Below, one piece after another: positions 39,030 to 51,440 of a stretch of 64,000 bases of DNA (position 1 is its first letter; every line of letters starts with the position of its first letter). The stretch comes from Balanoglossus misakiensis (lineage: Eukaryota; Animalia; Hemichordata), in NCBI GenBank assembly GCA_040954595.2, contig CM082583.2, positions 4,703,374 to 4,767,373 on the forward strand, written 5' to 3'. Below the pieces are notes generated by a model. That model did not search any database and was not told the DNA's origin. It saw only the letters and a list, made by a program, of their open reading frames with translations. The translations under genes and the position numbers were made by a program.

Positions 39030-42000
39030 ACAAATTGTTCAGTTGCATAGTGCAGTTTCCTCATACTTTCGGATTCGCATTCTAGCTACCAAAGTTTAAA
39101 GCCTCAGCGTCAGAGTAAATTCAATGCCCTTAAAATCTCACCGTGAAACAGAAGTTGTCAGTTTGTCAATGGCTGAGACTAGAGATTCTTAACTAATTCG
39201 GCTGTACTATGTTTCGTAATTTTGACTCAACACTTTTCGTGGGCATGGTTGCTTGCTTTGAGTGAGTTTCTGGTACTGAGCTGAGTTTCGAATTCGGGAC
39301 TGAGCTGGTGGTTTCGGTTACTGCCAACTCCGTACTCGGTCCCATTACTTTTACTCCACACACGCTATATTCAGAGACTCGGAACACAATTTTCTGAAAT
39401 GTATTTATCATGAATAATGAAGCCATTAGACTTATAGCACTATTAGAGCAAGACTAACTACGCTGCAGACTGTGCAGTTTAATTTGTATTTGCATAGCGC
39501 AGCCAGCGGTCGAAATGAGACAGGTTACAGGTGTTTCCAATCTGAGTAAAGATACCACAGCATACGGTGCAGTGTTCTCGTAGGCCACTCGCAATGTGCC
39601 ATTGACCCATCGTTTTGTAGAAGCTGTAAAGATTTCACACCGTGTTTTTTGCCAAAATGTAGACCTTAGGGGCCACCCTCGCTCTACCACAGCATTGGTT
39701 GTGGCCAATAGACCACTTAACACGGCATGGAGATGTGTGTGGAAATATGTGTACGGTTTTTTTGCCATTCAACAAGAGCTAACCAGTCCAGGGCAAAATA
39801 CTGTACCAGCGGGGGGGGGTAGTGTGAGAGGGTCCATTTCATTCATTTTATGCAATGCGATATTTCCCTAAACGCGTTCCGTTTTACCAGAAAATGTTCC
39901 CATCTCATTCACGCGAGAAATACGACAAATACCACAATTCCTCGACTCATTTCGATGAAATAATTTCGTCTCAATAACATCAGAGTCTACTTCAGATGCT
40001 GATTTTATCTTTCTATAACTGCCTGCGGTACTTCCTGCAATTTCTTCCACATAAATATTTCGAGTTTGGCAGTGCAGGAGGGCTGTGGGCGCTCAATGAC
40101 ATTTAAAGACAGGAAGAAAGGAGACCGCAATTTGACTTCATTCTTGGCATCAAAATTATTCAGATCGTCAGACGTGCAGTCAAATTAGTATATTAGTATG
40201 AATCCATTCCTGTGAGTGACCACCCACAAGTAGTCTGATGGCTTTGACCGCCACGTTTGACGCGGGAAATCCGCCAAACACGGTGAAAAGGGTCGGCTAC
40301 GTGAAAAAAGTCTGAAAATTGAACTTAATAGTGATAACGACTTTTAATTTGCTTCAAGTGCTATCATCTCTGAGCCGCCCTCAAAATGTCTGAATGCTAT
40401 GATCACGCGATATTTCTCTTTGATCAACCGGGTTCCACTGACCTACAAAATGGAAGTCATTCATCTATTGTATACCGTTGGTAATTGTTGTCCGTCTCGG
40501 CGGCCCCTTATACACGGGCGCCAGGATCCAGATACCTGAGTGAAAGGCGAGGAAGGGAAAAATTGAAAATGGCTGACGTGGCTCGTGTTTAAGAGCTGGT
40601 TGCGTTACCCAGAAAGAGAAAAAAAGACACGGTCACCAGGTTCCACTGTATAAAATTCACTTAGTGAGATCTACGGGCCATGATCACTCTTGCCAGTGTA
40701 GAAACACGTACATGTATTAGGCCTACATAAATATGTGACCCGAGTATTCCCTATGTCTAGAGTCTGTGCACACAGAGCCAAACACAAACCGCCTGCGATG
40801 CGTGGAAATTACACAAATGCTAAACTCATTTTTATAAAGAAAACGCATTGTTCCAAACAGAGCAGATTTCTCAAAACTTTGATGTCAGTCCTCCAACGGC
40901 GCCGTTTATTGGATTATTCGCCCATGGGTGTGATATTCTGGCCTTTAATGATATTGCAGACACAGTCAACCGAATCTGGGTCTCACAGACCTAGTTTTTC
41001 ATACGATAGGATCGTTAGGCACATGTTTTATGCATGTTTGTTGCAAGATCTTGTTTCGGCGTGAACCTCAACGCTACTAAATTGCACAACACGAGTGTTA
41101 CATGATAAATCTGGCATATGGTGGTTAGATTCAACTTCGTATAATACGTAGCTGGATCAACACCAATAGTCTCATCTCGAAGAGTGAAACGCGGTAATAA
41201 AATTATTTTAAAATAAAACGTTATTTTTCCCCAAGGACACTGACATTATCCCTCATGGCGTGACGTACTAACAAATTAAATGAAGAAAAACTGACAGCGC
41301 GATCAATATATGGTTTCTGTGTCACTCATTGCAAGTCACAAAGACACAGTAATTTTCATACAGCTTGACTCGGTACAAACAGCATTTTACACATCTGATA
41401 AAAGTGGCACACTCCACGAGTCTTGAACATCAAAAGCAGCCATGAAAGCCAAAATGACACGTGACCAATGACTATCGATTTTTGTCTCTGACAGACGTAA
41501 AATCATACCACGGTTCGAGGAAAACAGTAATGAGAAAAATCTACAGCTAAAGGTGTGATAAAAACACGACTTCCAAAATCGATGTTCACGCTTTTAACCT
41601 TTCGCCTTCCAACATATTTTCCAGCGCAAAAATCAACAAGGTCAAGTAAAGTGTATTTTTTTCAAGTGGAGTCGTGATTTCTTCAATATCTGAAAAGCTC
41701 TCATCGTCTGTAGTATTTCATTATCTGTCTGGTGTGAGCTCCAGAAAGTAGCAGTGATAGGCAGTCTTGAAAAGGAACACGCGCATTCTCATTTCCTATA
41801 CAGACTGCAGTGATGAGTTCGTGAAATTCACTTTCGATGTTAGCTCGTTGCTACGAGAAACTGTTGGGCATCTTTATCATTTTGACATTATATGACGTGT
41901 TACCACGCCCTTTCTGTTAACCAAAATTGTACTATCACGAACCAGCACTACCAAAGTCGGGCGCATTGTGCATAGTAGACTTCGACATCATTGCTTGTGC

Positions 42001-43084
42001 TGCCGCGTGTATTAAGCGCTTATAAGATATCGGTCTCGATTTCTCAATTTGTCAAGGCATGGGCGTTCCTGAATAGTCTTGCCAGATGGATTGTTTGTCA
42101 TATTTGTCGTATTTGCATCCTGATGAATTTTCATGAGTTTTAAGAGCACCGTGACAGGAAATTAATTGCCCTGTAACAATTGTGTCATTTGCGTATTCTT
42201 TTTAATCTGTCGGATTGTTTTTCGTCAGCAATTGGGTGCGTGTACACAATTCTGCGCAATTTGTAGAGAAACTTCTGCTAACTGGCCCTGTATATGAAGG
42301 CAACCAGCCCAATTCGAAACTCTATTTTCCATGATTGAACAATTGTTCGTTTACGTTTAGTGGAATCATACTCCCTGGTAACAGGTTGCCCGTGGCGGTT
42401 TTTGTTTCAAAGTGGAGAGCGCTGGCAGGCCGAGATACCAGGAGTTTCCTTCCCGTCATGGTATCACCACATAATCTGCGCAGTGGCGCTATGAACTTTG
42501 AAAACGGCCTGCATGCAACATGTATTCTGATTGGCTAATTTTCAAGGTAGTACGTAATACGGTCTAATCAGTCCATTCCTTTTAAATTGTAATACATGTA
42601 CATCCACTGAGGATTGTCTAAAAGTCGTCGTTGGTGGCGCTTTCGAGGTTGGTTCAGTCAAATCCAGGGTTGAGTCAGATTCCAGATGCATTATAATTTT
42701 TTCATTTCACCCATCCGTTTGGAAAACAACCGCGGTGATGGTCGATGGTGTTGGGTGGGGGGGGGGAGGGGTCGGAACAACGCAATGGATTTGGGGGTGA
42801 TTGAATCCCGTCCACAAACAATCAACTAGCACATCTAGGGAGTACAGTCGACGTCCTCGTATCATACCATGCCGTCAAAACATCGAATTCGGAAACCCGA
42901 ACTTTGCTTGATCCAATCTTTACGTATCATATAACGGTTTTGACAGTCCCTCCATCAAACGTTAAGATTCTTGTAAAAACAGTGACATTTTCTCTCAATC
43001 TCAGAGTGTTGGAATATTAATACTAGTCTGGAACACGGTTACTAGAAGTAACCGTGTCTGGAACAACTCTTTGGTGGCGCTACG

Positions 43085-43182
43085 CATTCTCCGTATATTG
43101 TAGCTAGCCTAGCTAGGGGGTCTGGCCAGACCCTCTAGCTAGATTAGAATAATCCACGCGCTACAATCTCTGTACGGAGAAT
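43085..43182. repeat. Nested hairpin or palindromic MITE relic
   Basis: CATTCTCCGTA pairs with TACGGAGAATG and ATTGTAGC with GCTACAAT, around a core TAGCTAGGGGGTCTGG|CCAGACCCTCTAGCTA. Confidence 0.75.
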
Positions 43183-45387
43183 GGGCGCTGCGCAGGTCCC
43201 ATGTCGACCAGTAATTGTTCCCTGTTGAAATCGAAAGTTGCGAAGTTTTACATGCTAATGGAAATTGCACATGTTTGCTTATAATATTTACAAAAGTCTT
43301 TCAATCCACCAAAATGGCAATTGTTTCACTAAGTGTTTTTTTTTCATTGAAACTACAGTGTTGCATCCTCAGGCTGGTACATTTGTCCAGCGCGAAACCG
43401 CTTGTGCATCAGCTAAAATTTCGCATATTTTTGGTATTTCGCATTTCTTTCCTCACGTGTAGTAACTTAGCTCACTAAAACGATCGAATATATCCGTCAC
43501 AACTCTTATGGGCCCATGCTATTAATATGATGGCGAGAGATCATGGTTCATCATAAGAATAAAAATATGATATGATATGAAATTTGGGGGAAAGGGGGCA
43601 ATTGCAGCTTTATAAAGAGCACGCCCAGTACAAAGGTTGTCATATCAACCTTGTTTTTGGATGATATACAAAATTGATATGAAATTGAATACCTCCGACA
43701 TTCGGCAAATTGGATTGGTAATAATGATATCATTTGTACCGAAGACATTTTTCGCCGGCAGCGCCATGGATATGGAAATGAAAAATACATGGCGTGTGCA
43801 TATATTTTACATGGTAGCGAAATTCCAGCTAAATTATTTACACTTTACAGCGCGCGATTTTCGCTCCGTGTTAAAATCCGTCGAAGGGCTCTGCGCGAAA
43901 GTGCGGAGAGCCGCCTGTTGTGACCTAAGGAGTTTTCGCTGAGACATAAAACCAGGAGCCTAGAGGGTCCCGTGTGATTAACTGGAGTGATTACAATTAA
44001 AAGTCGACGGAAAATAAATGAAAATGTCTGATAAGGGCGACCCAGCGCCCCGTTAAATAATTCACGTGAGATGGCCATGTCGGCCGCGCTTCTTCACTGA
44101 CAGAATAGACAAACCCGTTGAACAGAGGCTCTGGTCCTCAACAAAAAGTGTGATAGCCAAGAAGAATAACGAAAATCCGTCGAAATAAAAAATGCAAGGA
44201 TGACCCGCACTGTGTGTTTAATTTTTAAAAACGAAATTGCTATGCATCGCTTACAGAGTGCGTCCTACACTCACAATCAATAAAATTGCTATCGTCGAAA
44301 AATCAAATATTCACTTTGTTGAAAAATTCATGGTGATAGTGATTCGAACTGCGGTGAAAACACTTTGCATGCGAACGCTGTAGCGAACTTTTCACACATG
44401 ACCAAAGTCGGTTGGTCAAGAGTTTTATTTCAACCGTTACAAGCTTACTTAATGAAATGCTTTTCAAGTACAGATACTTTGAGCGCATAGTCTATACCCG
44501 ACTATTGGCTGTACGCAACTCGCTTGGAGCTTCAAACAGGGAAAGAATCAGGGTAACACGCTTGTAGCTTGTGGGAGGACAAATTGGGTTCAAAATATAG
44601 GAATTCGTCCGTTGGGGATGGTACTATGTACATGTAATACTTTATGTATTCCATAAATTATACGCGCTGCGCCCAGCATTGCATAGAATGTCTGGTATAA
44701 CTGAGTCCCTTGGGATCATTTTGCTGCATTCTCACAGTCTCTACGAAGAAACACGTATATCCAATACAAGACGGTTTTCAGCATTTGATCTATACTGTCC
44801 AGTTTAAAAAAGATGATTGTACTGAAAGTTTCGCTCATTTGTTATCACAGAAAACTATCATATTTTCACGTTGCATTGTTACGTATGCAATTAGGAGGCC
44901 AACGACCAAACGTGAAACATGTTGAGTGATTAAGTTGCGCTCGATGGAGAAAATATAAACGGCGCGAATTCCCGAGAGATGAGCAAAGCGATTAAAAATC
45001 CAACTGTCTTTAATCATCTGTTTCGATTTGTAAATGATAGGCTTCATAAGTGGAACATTGTCACACGTGCGTAAAATGGAAGCACGCATCCACAGTGTCT
45101 CAAACATAAGACTACAATGGTCCCTATAAAATGGGGGGGGGGGGGAGGGTCAGATTTAAAGTTTATATATTGAGTATGTATTGGTTATTAGGAACTTGAA
45201 GATTTTAAATAGCTCTGCCCCCCCCCCCCCTCTACCACAGATATTTGAAGTGACCCTTAAAGACATGGCCAGATTCATTTTGTGCACGATTTTGCCCGAT
45301 TCTAACAGGATCGTCATTTCACCCTCATTTTCGGGCGATTCTGGTGAGCCCATACGACAAAGAGGCCAGGTTGAGAACCGACCAGCT

Positions 45388-45620
45388 GGGTGGGTGAGGG
45401 CTGACGGGTGAAATGTCTGATGGATGGGTGGTTGTGTGACTGGGCGCGAGGTTGGTTGGTTGGGTGGTGGCTGGATGGATCCTGGCTGGATGTTTGGCGG
45501 AATGACGAATGGGTAATGGACGAGAAGGATGGATTGCATAGTCGCTTTCCATGAATGCTGGCTGGTGAAGAGGATGGGGAGAGGCGGGTGGTGGTGGAGT
45601 ATATATGTGGGGGAGGGGGT
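45388..45620. repeat. Degenerate (TGGA/TGGT)n low-complexity tract
   Basis: Repeated TGGATGG and TGGTTGG units. They generate the spurious Pro/His-rich minus-strand ORFs here. Confidence 0.7.
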
Positions 45621-48567
45621 TGATGATGTTTCTTGGATTCGCGGATCTCAGGCTTGTCAAATTAATGAAGTACGACTGACTACGGACGCAATATGTAAAG
45701 TGTCATGTGACATATTCATCACGATTTAGTCTCCCACTCAACGCCGTCTCCCTTCAGTATATGATTGTTGGTAGAGTGGCCCAGCAGCCCTCCACGGACC
45801 GTTACACCAGGTTCACATTCAACTTTTTTAAAGTCTGAGAGAACACGACACAATACAATAGTACACGATGACTTTCGCGTTGCAGCAATGTTTACCCTTG
45901 TATAAATAGGATGTGATGGCAAAAAATGAGAAAAATATTAGGAGATGATAATGAATTTCAAATGATATCCCCGGGTTATTCACTCAAGCTCCGCGTTTGA
46001 ATAAAGAAAACACGCCACAAAAAGACTCGGAGGTGCGGGTGTGGGTGTAGACCCAAGATAACCCGACTTCCGGAATTCCGTCCCAGCATGCCACGCTTTT
46101 ATTGTTTCTTTTTCACAGATGTAGATAATTTTTTGTCAATTTCAACGAGAGAGATAGGCTTTGTACAAGCTCTGCCGATCGATGCGGAGGCGGTGCAACG
46201 GAAGCTTCAAACGGCAGAAACACGCTAGAAAAACTTCGATTGGTGGCCAGATACAAGAATGCTCGAAAATGCCCCGGAATTTGATGGCAAAAAAAAAATG
46301 TTTCCCCGGACAATACTTGTCATAATTCTCTCCAAGGCGTCATGCAAATCCCATCGGCATTTTTTAACATACACGAATCGTGTTCAAAGCAAACGGTTAT
46401 TAATACCCGCGTATTAATTATTTACCGCGCACACATTTTTCATCATCTTGTAATGTCCAGAGTGCATTCAGAAAATGTTTTCAACCGCGACTTCTTTAAT
46501 CATGCATTCACAGATACGCGCTGGTAATTACCGACCGAAGCCATTTTCTGCAAAATTAATGAAATTAATTTCATCAGGCTGTTGAGGTACTTGGTTGTAA
46601 AATAAGAAAACTGGCAAATATATTGATAAATGTGAAATAGTGGGTTATAAAAATATAAAAGAATGCACGAAAACATAAAAACGTCACACCCATAATTTAC
46701 AGAGAAAACGGTATCAATGATTCAAAGAGTTTGATCAAAGTCCAGTCTCAACGATTAGGAAAGTTTGTCATGCATCTCAATAGTAGAGGTTAGAAGTAAA
46801 ATTCATTTGTATTATAGGAGGGATTTTGTTAACTTCTTCACATCCTTGATGTGGTATAAAGTACTTGTTGAAGCCCCCCCCCCCCCCCCTTCCTCCACGT
46901 CCGAATACAAAGCCAACGATAGCCCGCCTATGGAGAATAATGAAAACATTCATATTAACATCCTCGCTTTTAGTCACAGCTCAACCTTGTGGTAAGCACA
47001 CAATTTTGAACTTTTAAGGCCAAAAACAAGTGTTCCCGATACTGTCTGACCTATACTTTTTTCCGATTAACAGCCAAAAGTGCAACTTACCTGTCGACGA
47101 GGGCGCCATCTGGGGCACTCCTAAATTAACCACTTGAACTCTGACCTTTCCATAAAATGGATGAATATGCAGCGATGAAGAAACACTTTGTGTTTTCTTC
47201 TACCCTATACAATAATGAGCCATTCTGCATAATACATTTTTTTACAGAATTTCAAAAGTTTAATAGCAAAAATACAATAAACTCATTGCTTCTGTGGCCT
47301 GGCCAAAATGAAATACCGAATATGAAATGCTTTTTCCTCGTTTTTCCAAGTCCATAATTGTTTCTTCTTTTACAATTCAATCCTGCAATGCGCGCGGGTT
47401 AATGATAACATGAAATGGAGAAACATAACATCATTTGTCTCAGAGGTTCAGATTACAACTCTAAACGCTGGTGTATTTCCTTTTTATGCGTTGCAACCTG
47501 ATACCGTTTGAAGCTTGTCTCTCAGTTTTGTAATAAGTCGGAAAAGAGAGAGATCGGTGTAATGAGTCGTTTAGCAAAAGTCATCCTGGGATGGGTTTCT
47601 CATCTTGAGGAGGCACTGTTAAAGGTTAACTGTTTCCACATTTGCGGAACGCATCGACTGATTTCAAAGCAGGAACCAGTCACTGTCACCTTTAATGGCA
47701 GATTTACTGCAGCTGCACTGAGAAAATGAAGATCGAACCAATCACACATTTTCACTTGAGTGCATGGCCACACCTAAAAAAAGTTCTTGGAAGTGTTGTG
47801 TTTGTACACTTTGACATGGATCGGTGAATTTTACGCCGGTACTGGGCTGTGAACAATGAGTGGGGTGGGGAGATGAGTGGGATAGGGCCAGGTCGTCCAT
47901 TATCAGAGATTTTCTCAACAACTTTCCCTCATCATCTATGATCATAAAATTTCCCAGGTTTTTCGATAAAATTGCACATACATGTACTACTGACACTTTC
48001 CCAACCAGTGTGCCCTCTAACAAACATAATTTTTAAAAGCTTTGAGTCAATTTGAGGATTTTTTTAGACATTTCTCTTCTCTGAGTCAGCCCTATACCTT
48101 TGCATGTAGTGTGGATAATTTTCTTGAGTCACCAGTGAGTTTGTTGAGTCAGTGGCGCGTCATATGGGCTTAGAGGGCACACCGCTCCCCACCCATCTTC
48201 ACAGAGACAAGTCAAAATGGAGACATGTGGTCATTTCAAATGAAAAGATATGATTTGTATTTCAAGAGAAAATGAATCTATACAAAACGATATCAATTCT
48301 GTAAACTCCACAGCTGGCTGCTCAACGTCACTGCAGCGTATCATGATGAAACTCAAACCTGAATTTCAAAACTTCCTAATGGTCACTTAGATCTCACTGG
48401 CATGACCCCGTTTCAATGTGAAACAATTTCCAAAACACAAAGTTTTGGCCTGTTAATACTTAATTCAGTGAATGAATTTGGAATAAATGTGCAACGGTGT
48501 AAGCATTTCTGAGAATATCAAAGTTCAAAGTTCACTTCTTGACATCGCCGCTTGTCGATCAACTCCA

Positions 48568-51440
48568 TCAATCGATGGACATGTGTCTGATGTGGAAGTT
48601 GACAATGTACTCCGCGTTGGTCTTCTGGACCGAGATTGCAAATGGTTCGTACGGGTGGAAAGTAAATGCCACCAATCGTCGAGCTGTCGGGGGAGTCGGT
48701 CTGCCCAGCACTCCCGCATGGATCTTGAACTTGAGGAGGCCCGAATCCCGGGCATAGAATCTGCGTCAAACAAAAATAAAATGAAAATGTATAAATCATC
48801 AGTGAGGACATTACCACAACCATGTTGTTTGAGACTTTTTTCTACTCTCCACAGAGCAAAACTATTCAAAATCTGGATAAATGTTCATCTGATGTATCCC
48901 TAAGGGGTACAGCTGCCCGACAGCCAGTTTGCAGAATTTTGGACAAAACTGCAAAAATCTGCACGGAAACTTCAAATTGAATATGCCATTAATTAACATA
49001 TTAATAAGTATGGTAATTATTAATATTCCATATGTCTTAATTTAACCCTTTCATCCCTATTTCCCACTGTAGAGGTCCAACTCTACCATAGAAAACAATG
49101 GATTTGGACCACCAAACCATGGAAGTGAAACTTGTTATAGTTTTGGGTCCTGATCTGACATTTTAATAACCCAGTTTTGGGATAAATAATAAAATATTGA
49201 AACTGGCACTGAATTTGAATTGAATACTAACTGATTGTAAATCTTTTCTCCCTATCATACGAGAACAAAATTCCCCCATATAATAAACATAATGATTGTC
49301 CAGGAGGCTGGGATGATTGGGCTAATACAATAATCATTTGTTCTAACAATAATGAAGTACGTGTACAATAGTTCTTTCAAGATTCCCAGTTGACGTGTAA
49401 TTCTATGACGCATGGATATCTTATCCGTCAGTTGAAGTTTCTTTCTGGTTGTGACATTTACTGAATCATCGCTGGTGGGCAATTTAGGACGATTTCTTCT
49501 TCCATTCCTTTAAGCAACTTAACGTGTACACATACAGCGTTTGACGCATTCCCTCTATAAAGGGATGAGATTATTGAGATATGTTACCCGAAAGATGCTC
49601 TGATGAGAATTTTAACCATCGCTGAAATTGTCATGATATCCCCCACTAATCAAAATTACTCAGACATATGGATGACCGTTTAAATTAAAAATTTATGAAA
49701 GATTACGTAAAACCAGTCTGCCAAGGCAGAAAAAAAAAATCAGTTAAGACCTGATATTGTAACTTGAAGCTTTGGTAGCAGTCTTGTGGTTAGTTTTTTT
49801 TTATAATGGGCCCACACAATCAGCTTGAAAGGAAAAATTTTTTTAGGCCTAGATGAGAAGAAGTTTTCGGGGCGGTGTTTGGTTTCATTTCTCATCAGGA
49901 CTGTGATTGCAGCAACGATTGCCTACCTGATTGGGTGATCGCCGCAGGCCTTGGGTCTCTCCATGACGGACACCCACTTGTCGTCGTAGCTGAAGAGCGC
50001 CAGATCCAGGTAGGGGCTGCTGCTGTACGACTGGGAGCTGATGGGCAGCTGGGCCAGCAACCGCTTGATGGCCTCGGTGTGGCCGCCGTACTTGGCGTTG
50101 ATGATGGTGTGCTTGAAGCGGCGCTGGATCTGCCGGGCGTGCACGTTGCAGGAGGCCGAGCAGGTGAACTGGGCGTGGGCGTGCAGCGAGGCGTTGCGGA
50201 ACAGGTCGCAGAAGTTCTCGAAGAGCTCCAGGAACTGGTCGGAGGAGTTCTCGTAGACGGCCATGACCTCCGTGCTCAGCATGTTGTAGACGACGAAGAA
50301 GGAGGGCTGCGAGTTGGGGTCCTGCACGCGCAGCGTCACCACGTCCTCGCTGGCGTACTTGATCAACAGGTTGGTCTCGTCCAGCAGTTGCATCTTCCAC
50401 ATGCGGAGGAGTTTGATCTGGTCGAAGTACTGGTAGAACCGGCGCATGGCCGTGGGCGAGCCGTCCTCCCTGGCCTTCCTCCACAGGAACGCCAGCAGGC
50501 GGTGCTTGAGCGAGTTCAGGCTGCCCTCTCGGAAGGGGCGGTGGTGCTGCTGCGAGCCGGCGTGGGCGTCCGGCCCCACGGCCGACAGCACCAGGGCATC
50601 GTCCTCGTAGCAGAACCGGCCGATGGTCCGCACGTCGATGAAATTACCCTCCGGAGTGACCTGGAAGATGTGGATGGTCTGTTGCTGCACCGACAAGACG
50701 GCCAGGATGTTCCGATAGAGATACAGGCCCTGGTTGTGCGACAGGAAGATCTTGTCGCACTTGAACTGGCGACTGTCGCACAGTATGCCCAAGTGCATGT
50801 CAACCACGTGCAGGGAGTAGTCCTCCAGGGGCGAGCGCGGGTTGGGCGACACCGACTCGTTGTTCCGGTAGACGTCGAAGAAGTAGGGGTAGGGTTCTTC
50901 GGGGACGTAGACGGCCGACCCGACGATGACGTAACGCCCGTCGTCCGTGAACAGGCTGCACTCTCGGTTCAAGTGCTCCCCGTTGGGCGCCACGTTGACG
51001 CTGTGGCGCAGCACGAAGAACGTGTTGAAGATGTGGTCCCGGATGTGCTTGGAGAGCTCGTCGTTGCCGGCCAGCGTCCCCCGGGCGTTCTGCAGCAGCA
51101 CCTCCGCCGCCGCGGGGCCCTGGAACTCGTAGATCTCCAGGGACGTCTGGTCGGCCGAGAAGGCGATGAAGTGCTGGCCGTCCGGGGAGAACTTCCGCAG
51201 GAAGCACGGCGGTTTCTCCACGTTGACGACCGTGAAGTTGGGGAAGATGTTCTGGTGGAAGACCCTGGCCGCCTGAAAGTGCGTGCCCGGCCGGCCACCG
51301 TGCGTCTCCCTCTGACGCAGACGGTGGACTATGTTCTGATTTGGTATCCTGCGGGGCTTGATTCGGCTCTCGTCCTCCCGCACAAAAGTTCTGACATGAG
51401 CAGCTTGCTGGGTTGCGCTCTCCCCCTCCAGAATTGGCAT
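48568..51440 (-). CDS. DET1: DET1 homolog (CRL4-DDB1-DET1-COP1 ubiquitin ligase adaptor), about 568 aa
   Basis: Exons 51440-49927 and 48760-48568 join in phase 2 (HPIR|[11 protein letters not shown]). Sequences close to vertebrate DET1 include [66 protein letters not shown] and [19 protein letters not shown]. An acceptor at 51475-51476 implies an upstream non-coding exon. Confidence 0.97.

Noticed and set aside
38000-48400. Many 60-130 aa ORFs in the STRA6L-DET1 gap
   Set aside because: None has recognisable motifs, coding-like bias or a consistent exon chain. A missed gene with small exons cannot be fully excluded.
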